Position numbers and translations under genes: made by a program
Assembly (NCBI GenBank): GCA_023213395.1
Contig: CM041465.1
Location: 76,515,741-76,579,740 of the forward strand
DNA from: Cycas panzhihuaensis
Lineage: Eukaryota > Plantae > Cycadophyta
Reading direction: 5' to 3'
Length of the DNA: 64,000 nucleotides
In this document: positions 38,801-52,989 of the stretch, piece by piece
Numbering within the stretch: position 1 is the stretch's first letter
How the letters are laid out: every line of letters begins with the position of its first letter
Notes under the pieces: model-generated
What the model was told of the DNA's origin: nothing
Database searches by the model: none
What the model saw: the letters and a program-made list of their open reading frames with translations, nothing else

Positions 38801-40910
38801 AAATGCTTTAGCAACATTCCAAAGAATCAAGGTCATTTGTCGATATTAAAAGAATGCTTTAGAGGTCTGCAGACTAGCAAAGCTATAATTAAATCCAAAG
38901 AAATATCAATTTTTGGTTCCATATGGTAAATTGTTGGGCCATATCATGTGTGCACAAGGCTTGAAAATAGACTTTAACAAGATAAAAATTATAATGAATT
39001 TAGCACCACCAATAGATGTAGTCATAGTCCAAGCATTCCTTGGACATGTTGGATATTACTAAAAGTTCATAAAAAGTTTGTCCCAGATAGCATACCCTTA
39101 GAAGAATTATTACATAAAGGAGCAAAATTTGTAGGGCGTAATGAACAATAGAAAGCAATTGAGTATTTGAAAAAGAGACTCATTATAACTCCAATTTTAG
39201 CCTTCCCAAATTGGTCCAAAGAATCCCACATTTATGTTGGTATATCACAAATAGTGATAAGATGTACGCTATCCTCAGAGGGAAGTCATAAACTTCACTT
39301 ACCCATTTACTTTATAAATAAGCGACTAAGCAAAGCAAAGAAAAACTATTCAACAATAGAAAGGGAAGGTTTATGAATGATTTATGCAGTGCAAAAGTTT
39401 TATCATTGCTTAGTAGCCAACCCCTTTATTTTTTATGTTGATCATCAAGCTCTTTTATACATGGTTAATAAATCAATCATTCAAAGGAGAATTAATTGAT
39501 GGCTATTACTAGTTTAAGAATTTAATTTTAAGGTTGTGATTTAACTAGGATGTGCACATGTGGTTGCAGATAACTTCTCTAAAATTCACACAGGTGAATA
39601 ACTTATAAGAGTAAATGATGATTTTCTTGATGCAAGACTATTCCAAGTAATAATGTCCCCATCTAGTTATGAAGATATAATAGAATACTTAAGTATAAGG
39701 TCATTTCCTATTGATATGCTTTCATAACAATAAAGAGAACTGGTAAAGAAAGCCATGCCCTATCAACTAGTAGGAGGGCTTCTTTACAAACTAAGTAAAG
39801 ATCATATACTTTGAAAATGTGTAATGCCCAAAGAAATTCAAGCATATTAAGGGAATCATGTTAAGGTACTATGAGTGGCTATGTTGGAGCAAAATCCATA
39901 GCGTAAAAAGTCTTATTATTAGGGCTATGGTAGCCATAATTGTTTAAGGACATACAATAATATGTATTGCAATGTGATGTGTCAACAAATGGAACAACCT
40001 TTAAACCATGATTTTATGCCTTTACAACCATCTTTAGCTCAAGGAGTTTTTTATTGTTGGGGTCTAAACCTTATAGGATCCTTTAAACATGCTACAAGGG
40101 TGACTTAGGCGAAGTGCATAGTAGTATCCATTGACTATATTACTGAGTGGGTTGATGCAAAAGCACTTCAAGATAATTCAACATAAAGTACAACTATATT
40201 CTTATATGAAAATATTATTACAAGGTTCAGTTCATCCTTAGAATTGGTAAGTGATAAAGGAATACACTTTATAAATGATACAATTCACTGTTTAATATAA
40301 TAATTCATAATTGCACATCACAAATCCAATCCTTACTACCCATGCACAAAATATCAAGCTTAATCAACCAATAAAATATTAGTAACAATGTTATGCAAGT
40401 TGTGCAATGTAAATAAAAACAACTAAGCAAAACAATTACATTTGGTACTATGGACCTTTTGAATAACATACAAGACTATTACTAGTCATACTCCATTTCA
40501 ATTAGTACATGGAACAAAAGTAGTTCTTCCCATAGAATTCTTAGTGCCAAGCCTAAGGATTGTAGTATAGGAATGATAGCTAGATGTAGCCAGTCTTGAA
40601 ACTTGTCTTGAAGCACTTTTAGGATTAGATTAGAAGCAATTATAGGTACAATGACCAACAAATATTATACAACAATGTAGGAAAAAGTGGCATGACAAAA
40701 CACTTCAAGTAAAAACATTCAAGGAAGGAGACTTAGTTTTAAAATATGGTGTCAAACACTTCATAAAGTTATGCAAATTTAAAATTAGATGGTTCAAATC
40801 ATTCTCTATAAGTAAAAAAAACTAGTAATGGAGCAATTGAACTATAAACAATTAATGGAGATACTTAGATAAGTATTGTTAACAAATCAAAACTTAAATT
40901 GTACAATATA
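35850..40910 (+). mobile_element. Element F: heavily decayed non-chromovirus Ty3/Gypsy gag-pol
   Basis: Gag (KLSTFSGKADEDLTHH), PR remnant (~37470-37720, YDALLG*PWL), RT (VDFQKLN, YSFLDGFFGYNQI, MPFGL), RH (KNYSTIEREGL, FYVDHQAL), INT (WGLNLIG, SDKGIHF, SNPYYP). LTRs not delimited. Confidence 0.85.
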
Positions 40911-41455
40911 AATACTATATCAATAATAATAATAATGCCTATTACAAACTTACCAAATATCACTAGATAAAGCCTATTATAACACCATATAGATTTTGTT
41001 TTTTTAATTAAAAATAAATAAAATAAAATATATTAAAAGAAAGGATTGATTGACCCCATTGACTGACCCACGTCACAATGGTTGGCTGATCTTGATCCCA
41101 CTGCCGATCTGAGTGACATGGACGATCAACCAACCCCATGCAACCCTCTGAATTAGCCACACAATATATAATGGTTACACCCATAACCATGCCACCATGT
41201 CATCAACATAACCATACCACTAACATACCCATGGCCTATATAAAGCTACATTTACAACAACTTAAAACAAAACATTAAGTGAAATCGAATGCTAGTCGAT
41301 TAACCATTGAAGGAATGCATTCTACCATGATGTGAGGATGATTATTAATCATAAAAGGAGAAAAAGCCTATGCCACATAAGATTATTTGAGTATTAATAA
41401 AGCACATACAAGTTGAAGGTAATTCAAACTCTATTTTTTGTAAGAAGTTGGAAAA

Positions 41456-43213
41456 TGTCTAGTAGGGGAGGGTTTGCAAAATTTAGTCAAACTACCATTT
41501 CATTTTTATGGTCCGCACAAAGATAGTTGGAAAAGAATCTGGATGAGGATGAAAACACTCCATTTGAAATAGAAGGATGAAATATTTAATGGCAAGTATT
41601 CAATTCACTAGTCTTACATAAGTGGCTAGAAGTGGAAGATTGAAATGATCTATTGTGTACAAATTTAACCAATGTTGGGGTAGTTTAGATAGCTTCATTT
41701 CCTATTTTTATCCAAAACTTCTAAATATTTATAGGATGTGCTTGATGGGTACAACTCCATGACTTGCACATTAACCATCAATGGAAAAATTATAAGCATG
41801 GAACCAAAAGATGTTGCAAGGCTAATAAGGTTTCTGACTCAGGGATATAAAGTATGAAAAGTGGAAAATTTAATAGCAACTATGAAGGACCAAACTATTT
41901 AGGCCATATGTAAGAAAGAATTTCATACCAAGCATGGTGGACAATGTATTCTTGTTACACATTTGAAAACCATAAATGTGATGGTGGTAATAGTTCTTAT
42001 GTGTACATGGTTACTAGGAGAACAATGTTGCAATGCCTTAGCTTGATGGACAACATCATACTTATAGGGGCTTATAAAAGGTGATGTTTACAACTTATCA
42101 ATATTCATATTGGAAAAGTTAAAGACATCACTTTACTAGTTGTCATAGGAGGGCAATCTAGTTTTAACTTAACCCTTTACCTCTTAGGGTTTTATTATAT
42201 GAGAATTTCACTTCCCTGAGGTAACAAGGAGCCCAATGCTACTACTCTTATCGGCCTTCCACTGAAGTACCATACAAGCACCCAAGAAAGTTAGGCCTAA
42301 AGTGCAAAAGGAAGGATAGGTAGAGAAACTAAGAAGAAGAAAGGGTGTGACAATAGATAGAATAAATGTGTCTTCTAAGGAACTTAAAGAGTTAGAAGAT
42401 TCATATAAGAACTACATCACAAAATACTCAAATTTGACTTCAAGTAAAGACAACAATGATGATCTTGAGCCTGAAAGTGATGTTGCATTAAAGTTAGTCC
42501 CCATTTATCAAGTCTCACAAGAATTGGCATCAAACTTAAATATATCAATATCACCTACTATGGAAAGTGAGGTGGCATGGTGTGAACTATTTAGAATGTC
42601 GTCTGACAAAGGATTAGATGATAATCCAGTGGTAAAAATACAAGTGCCACTCTTAAAACCAATAGAACAGGCTAGGGTAATAATTACCATCACATCATTC
42701 ATTGATCCCCAACTCATTAAAGTTAAGCATAACTGCACGATGAATGTATTAGATTAATTTCACACCATGTTAGCAGCACAAGGATCAATATTTTAGAAAT
42801 TGGTAGAATAATACTGGTGTAAAGAAGATAGTTATAACAACCTCTAAAAAGACTTGAACGAAGCAAGAACTACTTCAACATATAAGGAAGAAGAATGTAA
42901 TCAATTAAAAATAAAAAATCAAGAAATGTATACCCAAGACATTGTACATGTGCAACAAATTAGTGGATTAGAGGAAGATCTTCATCAAAGTCAAAAACAA
43001 GTTAAGGATTTGTCCATAGAGCTTTATGAGGAGAAAGGTCATCATGAATATATGTTAAAATGTGTTCAAGTAGTTAGATGCAAGAATGGAAAATGGTTAC
43101 TGAAAGTACGACTAGACCCACTATACTCAAAGGTAATAACAAATCTAAAAATAGGACCTTCATCTATGGATCTAGGATCAAATCCTCTAGACTCTCTCTC
43201 ACCGACCTTGTAG
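41456..43213 (+). pseudogene. Decayed extra ORF downstream of element F integrase (Athila/Tat-type additional ORF with coiled-coil end)
   Basis: Long, stop-riddled but protein-like frame (LTINGKIISMEPKDVARLIRF...LIKGDVYNLSIFILEKLK), then ORFs 42347..42757 and 42854..43213 (heptad-like). Confidence 0.5.
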
Positions 43214-43607
43214 CCTCTTCATACCAATGAAGCATATTTGTGTGGCTTTAGCATACCTTTCATTAATTTAAAATAAACTCTGATATGCAGGCATAAGTTA
43301 AGGCAATAGGAATGCAAACCAATTCTTTATTATTAATAATAAAGGGATCTATGTTTGGTCCTCTGACAACCAAACACATGCTGAACAATACAACTCGATC
43401 TATACAATTACGACTCAAGCCATTTATGGAAAATTATAAGAAATAAAACAAAAACTCTCTCTTTGTATGTCTTTTCTCATGACATCAATTAGACTTATAC
43501 AATCATACTATCATTCGTTACATTAACAACTTTAGTTATTTCAACTAATTTTAACTATTACATAAGAATAAATCTCTTAATTAGAATTTTAATTGCAGTT
43601 TCAGTTG

Positions 43608-43880
43608 AGACTTTGTGATTTGTCACACTATCTTCATGATCTGGTTGCAATCTTTACGATTTGGTCTTAAGCTTTTATGATTGGTCATATAATTTAGTTG
43701 TATCCTTTGTGATTTGATTACACCTTTTGCTATCTAATCATACTTTTTGCAGTCTAATTGTACCTTTTAAGATCTAGTCATGCCTTTTATGATCTAGTCA
43801 CACTTGGTTATATTTTAAATTGTACCTGGTTGCACTCAGTTATACCTGGTTGTGCTTGGTCATAGTTTGATTGCAACCCA
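43608..43880. repeat. Degenerate ~20-bp (grading to ~10-bp) tandem array
   Basis: Units such as cttcatgatctggttgcaat, ctttacgatttggtcttaag, cttttaagatctagtcatgc, cttttatgatctagtcacac; then cctggttgca / ctcagttata / cctggttgtg. Confidence 0.75.
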
Positions 43881-43999
43881 AAACTATATTTTTCTATATT
43901 TTTTTTTTATCCTACACATATCTCCCCACTTACAAAATTAACCAGTGTTCTCACTCAAATAAAATTTTAAAAATTTCCTCTTTTTCAACCCTTGCCTCC

Positions 44000-46900
44000 A
44001 TAAAATTTGAAATCAAGAATGACGAGAGTCCTACCTAGTATTCTCACATACATTCTTCTTATCTTCCTTTAGTTTGGCCACTTCTCTTTTAATATACAAA
44101 GGACTTGGCCATATGATCATAGGAGGAAGTGACAACCCTTTAGATTTGATATAGTCACATAACAATAGGACATTACAAAGTGCATCGAGATATCTCATAT
44201 TGGGTGAATCACTAGCCTAAAGTTAAGCTATATGCACATACAATTCTTGATTTATATTATGAAGGGTATACAATTCATATTTATATGCATAAATCCATCT
44301 CCAAACTTAACTACAATATTTAGATTCTTCATTGCTTTCAATATCTAGGCACCTAATTTATAGATTACATCCTATAAATCTATGGGAATTTGTTTAGAAA
44401 ATTATTCTTTAAATTTTTTAAGTTGAGGGGTTATCTCATTTACATCATCTACCTAATCGATAATGAATTTCTTTAAAAACTCCAATTTACTTCCTATAAC
44501 CTATAGTTTTTCTTCTAATCTAACAATCCTTTGCATATTTAGTGGTATCCTCCATGAATGTTATTCCAATTCGACTTCTAGCTACTTAGTCACTCTCCCT
44601 AAGAAGGACATTCTCCATCGTGAAATGTCCTGAGGATTACATTCCATAGGGTCTAGTCCTTCTTCTAATATCTATCCATCCATGTAAAGCTCAAATTCTA
44701 TAGGTTGTTGATTAATATATTCTAAAATTTCTTACCATTGATCTTCTACAATCAATTTTCTACACTGTTGTTGGTTATACTTTGGCTCTACAGCCTCTCC
44801 CTACACTGGTATAGGTTGTGACTATTGTTCTTCTATAATGACTAACAAATCATGTTCCATCTTCTATTTTCTTGCTCTAATTTTCTTCTTTTCTTTTCCT
44901 TTTACCTTCTCTTCTTTTTCTTTATCTTGTTCATCTTTGGCCTATGAGGGAACCTCTTCTCATAGTTCTTCTCATCCTTCTATACTTACTATCCTAGGAG
45001 ATTATGCATGATTTACCTTATGCCATTGGATAAGTAACTAGTTTTTCACTTGATTCTATGTTTGAAGCAATATCTGATCTCAAGAATTATTCTTACCAAA
45101 TATCTTTGTCCACTTAGCTTGGGGAGTTTGATCATTATCTAGGGTAGGTAATTGTATATTTAGTCATTATAGGAATAAAAGACCCTATAACAATATTAGA
45201 TGGAATAACATGATAGACAACTCTACATTTTTAACATTCTCTAGATTTTTCTGGAGTCTCTTTGAGATAAATATTACCTAATTAAATTGAATTCCCTTTG
45301 TGACATGCAACAACATCAAACATAGGTTAGTAGGTAGAAATAGGTTTTTTTGGCTTAAGATTACTCTTGTGAATAAAAAATGGGCATTCCATCGTCGTTT
45401 TATAGAGCAGATGCCAGAAATATTAATCCCCAAACTGGAGGCGTCATCTACACTAGCTCCAATTGTCTTTGTCACTTCTTTCCTTTATATTTACTTGTCC
45501 TTAGGAATCTCCTATCCTTTATTAGGTAATCCTATAAGCTATGTAATTGCCTTTGTAGCATGGTATAGGATGGAGAGTTGTGTAGCTACCAAGGATGTTA
45601 CCATAGTTAAAAAAATTGAATGCAATAGGTGGAATGCCTAACATAATATACTTTGAAAAACTTGTATTCGTTAGGGATTTATTTTGAGAGTCATTTGTTT
45701 ACATAGCCATCCATTTTGTTCATATTCTATTATCATCGATTTCTTAGAAATTAACATTGATATGTGGGAAGTCATCTCCTTCAACCATGGCAAGTACTAG
45801 CTATTCACTATTATAAAGACAAAAAGGAAAGAATAATGTAAAGATTTGTATAGGCTGCAATCACTAATTTCTTTAAATTAAAAGGGAATAACTTACCAAA
45901 TACTCTAAATGTTTATAATTATGTTTGCATTGGGTTATGATGTGATGTAGTGCTTGTCATTATGATTAATGGCCTTTGGTGGTTATTACATCATTAGTTG
46001 TGCTTACCCGCTTATGATTATGATATTTTATTCATACCCTGCCTTATTAATCGTGATTATTATATCGTATCACTACATTCTAATTATTTGTATCCCGTGA
46101 CCCTTTATCATAATGCTTTCATTGATCTATTTCTATTCCTCTTGCTAGATTGTGATCGTGCTGCCCATATCATTACCATGAGATAGAAATCAACTCGACT
46201 GGTTTGCATTCTCTCCTTTTTTTTTCTTTTAACTACTTTCTATTTCCCATATATAACTTTAGTCAACTTCTATTAACTAGTTTATTTAATAAGGATTCAT
46301 TAAGCTATTTGAGTTGAACAACTCCATTTTATTCAATATGATCTACGTTATAAGGGCCTAACCATCTTAGCTTTATTTTTCCCAGTTTCATATGAAAATT
46401 ACTATCATATAGTAATACTAAATCGTCTACTTGAAATTGAGGTGTTTGCAGATGTCTATCAAGTCATGCCTTTCACCTTTTCTTCTTTTCCTTAGGTTCC
46501 TACAAGACTCTTTCTCTCTGTTCATCTAACTTTATTAGATCCATGAGCTATTTATCTCTAGATTCTTTTTCCTACATCTATAGCTAAATTTCTATTCTCA
46601 TACTTTTTGCTTAAAACTTTATGGGAATGACAACTTCCAAACCATAAACTAATTGAAATGGAGTATGCTTATGTGGTTGTTTTATTGTCATTTTGTCTGC
46701 CCATAGGATAAAATGTAAATATTCTACGCAATTAGTCCTTCCTTCATTACAAATTTTAGGCAAAGACAACTTTAAAATCTTGTTAATGCTTTCTACTTGA
46801 CCATTGGCCTTAGGGTAATAAGGAGAAGACTTCTTATATTAGATTATAAACTCATTAGTCAGATGTATTATACTTTGATTCAAGAAACTACTACCTTGAT

Positions 46901-47739
46901 CTGACACAATCTCTAAAGGACAACCAAAACGAGTAATAATAGTTTCATACAAAAACCTAGTTGTGCTTCGTGCATTGTAAATTCTCGTCAGCCATGCCTC
47001 TATCCATTTAGTTAGAAAATCAATGGCAACTAGAATATACTTAGCATTTATTTATTTAGCGAGTGGGCTAATTAGCCCAACAAAATCTAGCCCTCACTTT
47101 TCCAATGGAGCTTGAGCTAATATTAGATGTAGTGGAATGAAATGATACTTCCTTGGTTTACCCACTCATTGGCAAACATCACAATTATGAACCCATTTTT
47201 CCATGTTTTTGAATAATGTCAGCCACCACAATCCTGCCAATAAAATTTTTCTAGTTGTGGGTTTAACACCTTGATGCCTTGCTATCACTCCTTCATGTGC
47301 TTCCCAAATTAGTATTTTCACCTCATATTCTAGTATGCATCTCTGTAAGACTCCATCCAATCCTAACTTATATAGCATCCCATGGATTAGTTGAAATGGA
47401 AAGGTTTTTCTAATAAAGCTTTACCTTTCTACTTGTCCTAATCCAATCGATATTTCACTTGAAGCAAGGTACTAAGTGATGCCATTATACCATTTTGGTA
47501 TTGCATCAATAGAAAACAATTCTATATTAAGAAAATCATCATATATTCTTGTGGTAAGTTCCCCTTTTGCTTTCCTCGATAGTAAGTCAAGTATAGTATA
47601 ATTTTCTTTTTTCTTAATAATGATCTTGAAGTTAAACTCTTAAAACAACATCAACCATCGATTGATCCTCCCTTGCAGAATGGGTTTGTTTACTATGTAC
47701 CAAAGAGCCTTATGATCTATAAAGAAAATAAATGGATTA
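44000..47739 (-). mobile_element. Element G: 3' part of a decayed Gypsy related to F (end of RH, integrase, extra ORF), cut by element H
   Basis: Minus strand NPFIFFIDHKAL...ILQGRINRWL, EAHEGVIARH...CDVCQ, IVSDQGSSF, SSPYYPKANGQVE, W(L)GPY. Extra ORF remnant with KGIQFN*VIFISKRL at ~45290. Confidence 0.82.
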
Positions 47740-48124
47740 TATAGGAAAATATAACGATGGAGAACATGGCAGAACATAAACACATAATTAATACATTGTT
47801 ACATAAATAGAAAATCCTTTACAAATGTCTAAATTGTAGGCTGTGTCTAAAGACACCAGGGTTACACACCACTACAAATATATAGTTTGGAGGAGGAGGG
47901 AAACTCCTCAACCTCTAAAATTTAAACAACAATAAAATAATATAAACTTAATTTAAAATAACTTAACTCAAATTAACTTACATCAACTCAACCTTACCTT
48001 ATACTTACCTTCATATTTGAGCAACCACATATATAAATTGGTGAGAGTAAGGTGTGCACTCTTGGTTAGAAGGTAGGAGTAGGGTAATGATTATTAATCC
48101 CAACATTCTTCCCCTTAATGGTCA

Positions 48125-48816
48125 TTATGAACAACTTGTCTTCTCTTTGAACTTGTGAAATTTGTACTTGAAAAAAACTTTAAAAATCTGTCTCTTAGCT
48201 TGATCTTTATTAACTTGCCTCATCCTTATAGTAATGTGTATGTTTTCACCATTGAATTGTGTAAAACATCTATAAGTAAATGTAGCTTGATTTAAATGTG
48301 GAGGTGTAGATGTAACTTTGACTTTAACTTTTGGAACTTTAACTTTATCTTCCAAAGTCTTTGTGTTGTGAGCAACTATCATATCATCATATCTCTTCCC
48401 CTCAAATAAAGGATCAAGTTTTTGTGCAACAAGATGATTATGCATTTGACTTGAATCTTCCTTGGTCTTGTCATTACAATCCACCTGTTCTAGCACCTGT
48501 CTCATATGCTCAACAATATCAATGTTAGATTCATTGAGGGTATCTCCCCCATAAATAGAAATTAGGATGTCCCATATGGTTTTGGACGTTGTCATTTCAC
48601 AAACTTTAGAAATACATTATCATTTATAGTTCAAAATAATATCCCTAAGACTTCATTATCTTTTCTAAAGTTTTCTTTAATATTAAGATTATGTTCATCT
48701 TATAGATAACTCCAAAGATTATATATAATAAAATAATTTTGCATTATCTTATGCCATAGTGAAAAATTATGGCCATCAAATATAGGAAATTATACTTTAT
48801 TAAGATTGACTGCCAT
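48125..48816 (-). pseudogene. Short Copia-type gag of element H
   Basis: Copia gag N-terminal signature plus ORF 48125..48595; the stop lies ~20 bp from the LTR. Confidence 0.72.
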
Positions 48817-49148
48817 TTTACAAAAAACTTTAGTACATAAAAATAAATATATTTTTATTAAGTCAGAGAACTCAATAAATGAATAAACTTATATGATGTC
48901 AAATATACTCTTTAAAAGAAATGTAATGTCCTTTGAAAAAATGAAAGATGTCTTTGGAAAGTATATCAAGTAAATGTAACTGTTATAAGTGCAAGAAGTA
49001 AGTGAAAACCTAATAGGATATATTAAATGCACAAGTTTAATAGCTTCAAAGCTGCACTAAACAATGTCAAAATAAAGTGAAATTATATCAATATGAAGAT
49101 AAACTAAAAAACTATTCAATGGAATTGACCATTTTGAAAACGAGTTCT

Positions 49149-51681
49149 TGTTTCCCGGCTCCCGGGAATGGATACGGAATCACCGACTCAGGTAAGTGCA
49201 GGTATGTCTCTAGCATTATCGTCACTTTTATGTCTTGATTATGCCTTACATATTTGCATCGTATGACTTTGTGGGCGGCCGGTCGTCGTCCACACCTATG
49301 TTTAGCCTATGACGACTATAGCAGGGCACACTCTTAGCGAGTGTGGCACCTTGACCAGACATATTACTTCGCATCCGCCTCCTCTCTCCACGGATCCACC
49401 GGGTTTGCGCCACCTCCACCCGGTGTGATGTCTCATCGTCGCTTGGTTAGCTTGCCACCTCATTTGGGGCCTATTTACGCTCCGTGGGCCCGTTTCTTGG
49501 CTTGTTTGCTCCGGTGGGTGTTTTAGTTGTCCTTTAGCCTTTTCGTGCTTGCCCCGTACTGACCGTTGGCGGCCCCATTTGTCTCTGGTGCATACCTGTT
49601 GTAATCTTCGCAGCATCTGCGTGATCTTGGCAGATCATTGGAATTTTCGCAGATCACTGAATATTCGCGACCGCTAAAATTTCCGCCAGACGACTGCCTC
49701 GCTTATTTTTAAAATCCGTGGGTAATTTCGCATTTATCAAACCGCCACGTGGTTCGCCTTTTTCCTTCCACCGTGCCCTATTCGTGATACTTTAGGGTTT
49801 TGCTTTAGTACTTAAGCATCTTTTGGGACTTTTTGGATTTTTACTCACTTTGGAAGTTACTCTCAAGAAAACTCTCTCTTGCTCGCTCGCTTTCCGCTGC
49901 CGCAACCTGGACTGCACTCTTCATACTGCCTCCTTCCTACTCGGTTGAAACATTCTCTCAACCCCTCAGCGCCTTGGAGAGGGCTCCTTGAAGCGTTTAC
50001 GCCTGGCCTCTATCCAGCGATCCATGAGCCCTACGTTTGTGTGTGTTCTCCATCATACTGTAGCGGGCCTCAAACCCGCTCGCTCGGATCTGGGCTATTT
50101 TTCCAGCCCTCCTTCATTGTCCTTTGGCCGAGGCAAGCCCTTGCCTCTTCCTCCTGTACTCTTTACTTTTTGTTAAGTTCTTTGCAATATTCTTGCTCCA
50201 GCTCATTTGTTCATGTTTGTTGCTTGAAGTTTGATCCTCTTTCCTTTGTGAGGACCGCTGCTCCACTTTCTCTTGTCTCTTGCTGCGGCTTTGTCCAAAG
50301 CGGCGTGAGGGGTTGCATAGGCTTTGGGAGAGGAGCCGGGTGGATTCAGTACCACCTTCCACGCTCAAGTGGCTCCAAGCCCTCCAAAGCTTCCCTCTCG
50401 CCTCATGTTACTCTTGGCCATCTAAACAAGGGTTTAGAGACTCAGGTCGCCCAAACCAGTGACATGCCACGAGTTGCGGCTGATTTGGGACCCCTTGCTC
50501 AGTTTGGGAATCATTCGTAGTTCTCAACTACCATTCGTGGCTTTGCCTTTGCTCCCGATTACGGTTTGCTCCCGTAGCATCCGGTTCCCGTGGGTGTCTT
50601 TGGGTCTTTCTTGCCCCTTCTTGCGGTAGTTTTCCGGCCTTGAGTCTTGACTTTCTCCTCGCTGCCCGTGGCTCTTGGGGAGAGGTTTGGGCACCATTTG
50701 CGCTGTGAGGCCACCCGAGGCTTACCTTGTTGTTTCCTTTTCGTTTGGATCGTTCTTCTTTGGTATTTTCCTTACTGGACTAACATTGATGCATGTACAT
50801 TTAGACTCTCGTTTATGTTGTTAGACATATATTGCTAGGTCTTTGTGTTGCATATAGGTGTCTCCCCGGCAGAGGGAGACCGTTGTTGCTTATGGTACTC
50901 GGACGCGGAGAACGTTGCGGGTGCCCCTTCCACCCAGAAGCGTCCCTTGCATGTGTCATATTTTATGCTATCTCATTTGCTAGTTAGCGTTTCTTTCCTT
51001 CCTTCTAGATCGCATTTATTTTTCCCGGGAAGGTAAGGAAGCCCTGCTGCTCGCCGCCACATTTCACATCAAGACGCCACGTGAGTGGTGGTTGGGTGCT
51101 CCTCCGGAAGGCTACGCCATCTCTCACGCCTTCGGCCCAGGTGCACGCTTTGTCCCCCTTCGCACCCCTTGCTTTTTTACCTTTTATTCCTTTCCTAGTA
51201 ATTAGAACATCGAAAGATTAAAAGGGAAAATTGCCTTTTGTATTAGTTTGCAATTTGTTTGCCTTGTTGCATGTACTTTTGTTATTCGTAGGAAAGGTGG
51301 TAGGAGTCTTCTTCTCTCTTACCCTTCCTCCCTCTTCCTTAGCCATGAGCTCTTGCTTCCCGCATCGTCAGATATGCGGTTAGATCGCGTCGGATTGTTC
51401 TTGGCCTATCCTTGTTAGGTCCTTTCTCTCTCCCTTCTGGCCACCCAAGGGTGGGAGGGGCCTATTCCTGTGTCGACCGGGTTGCCCCACGTATCTTCGC
51501 GCCCTTCGCTCAAGGTGGTGAAGGGTCACCCAAGAGTAGCCATACTCCATTGCGGATCCCGAACTCGCTCACGGGCGCCTTGCGTGGTAGTTGCTTGCCT
51601 TGTAGGTTCCACTTCCCACCGTTCGTCACCATCTCTCCCGCGCTTATCGGGCCAAAGGTTATCCCAGGCGCTGGCCCATCA
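49149..51681 (+). repeat. 5' LTR of element I
   Basis: Colinear over its full length with 59727-62259; tgtt...atca termini. Confidence 0.93.
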
Positions 51682-51697
51682 TGCGACCATACTGGGA
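51682..51697 (+). promoter_or_regulatory. Probable primer-binding site (tRNA-Arg-like) of element I
   Basis: tgcgaccatactggga resembles TGGCGACCACAGTGGGA, the complement of a plant tRNA-Arg 3' end recalled from memory; it sits immediately after the LTR. Confidence 0.55.
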
Positions 51698-52989
51698 CCG
51701 CCAAGAAGGGAGCTAGTCTCGCTCTCTTGCTGGTTTCGCTACTCTGTGATCCTTTCTATATCTGTCTTGAACTCCACGTTGGGCGCCCCCAACGCTGCGT
51801 GTTATACCATTCCTTCTCTTTTCCCGACATCGCTTGATCGACCTTGCATGCGCCTGCTTTCTCTCGTCGTCATGCTAGCCTACCCCCTTTGTTAAGACCC
51901 CGAGTATAGCCTTCTTGCCTCCTGGATCCCGATCCGACTATGGAAGGGTACTCTTCCGATTGACCTACCACGCCTTGCTATGGAAACCCAAGCTCTTCCT
52001 TACATCATTCGAGTCCACCCAAGAGGGTGACGACTCCTTTACTATCCGATCGATCAACACCCTTCTTGTGCTCCCATCCTTCTACCCACGCCTGTAGAGG
52101 GATCCGCTCCTCCCGAGGATTGCACGCGATGGCGATTTTATGAGGAACCTTCGGATGGACATGCCTTGTTCGAGGTCCCGATCACCTCTTATGGGTATGT
52201 GGGGACTCCTCCTGTTGACATGCTTGAGGCTCTTGGACGGATGCCGCGGCAGATGCTCTCAACCACGTCCGAATGGCTTGAGGGTGTCTTGCAGGGGAGC
52301 CTCTTCCTCCTCCGCTCTTCCCCTCACGCTTCATCCTCGTCCGCCTTTCCCGTGACAACAAACCTTTCGTGCTCACGCTGCACGCCCCATTCGTTTCTCG
52401 CAATGGGGCACGTGTGGCACCTTCCATCCCTTATCAAGGCCCTAATGCCTTAAGGCCTTCTCACCTGTGTCTGTCCCTCACCGGGGTTAGCATACCCGTT
52501 CACGATCCAACTAATGTGCCGCCCCTAATCGGCACATGCCGCTCCTAGTAGGCCTAGTTGCCTGCTAGTCTTCCACCCGCCATCGGTGGGATTCGTTCCA
52601 CGCATCCTCCAACCCAAATAGCGTTGGTGCTTCTTTCTACGTTCCCCTGTGGTATACTTCTCAACCTTGGGGGTAGGGAAGCCGTCCTCTGCTTATGGGG
52701 TGGATCCGCTACACCCATACGGAATGGCCCCACCTACGGTGGCGTATGGGCGTAACCGATTCGCATCCCTCTTGTCCGCCATCTAATGCGCCCATCCATT
52801 GTTTCGCAAGGGAATCGACTCCTTCCAAGGCGCCTTTTTCCCGCCCCTTGTCGTGAAGGGTGGTTCTCAAGGAGGGATGGGTGTCCTACCCCCATCCGCC
52901 TCCGCGCGCCACCTACTGATGTTCGTTGATCCTACGGTCAGTGCAAGGGCGCGCCTTCGTGGACTTTAGGTCAACCCCTCTCGGTTGAG

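Noticed and set aside
43608-43880. CRISPR-like array
   Set aside because: Units are contiguous and degenerate with no unique spacers; eukaryotic context, no cas genes.
49302-51895. ORFs of up to 213 aa in the LTRs of element I (also 59949-62317)
   Set aside because: Expected by chance in GC-rich DNA; no recognisable domains, and frames are not preserved between the two LTR copies.
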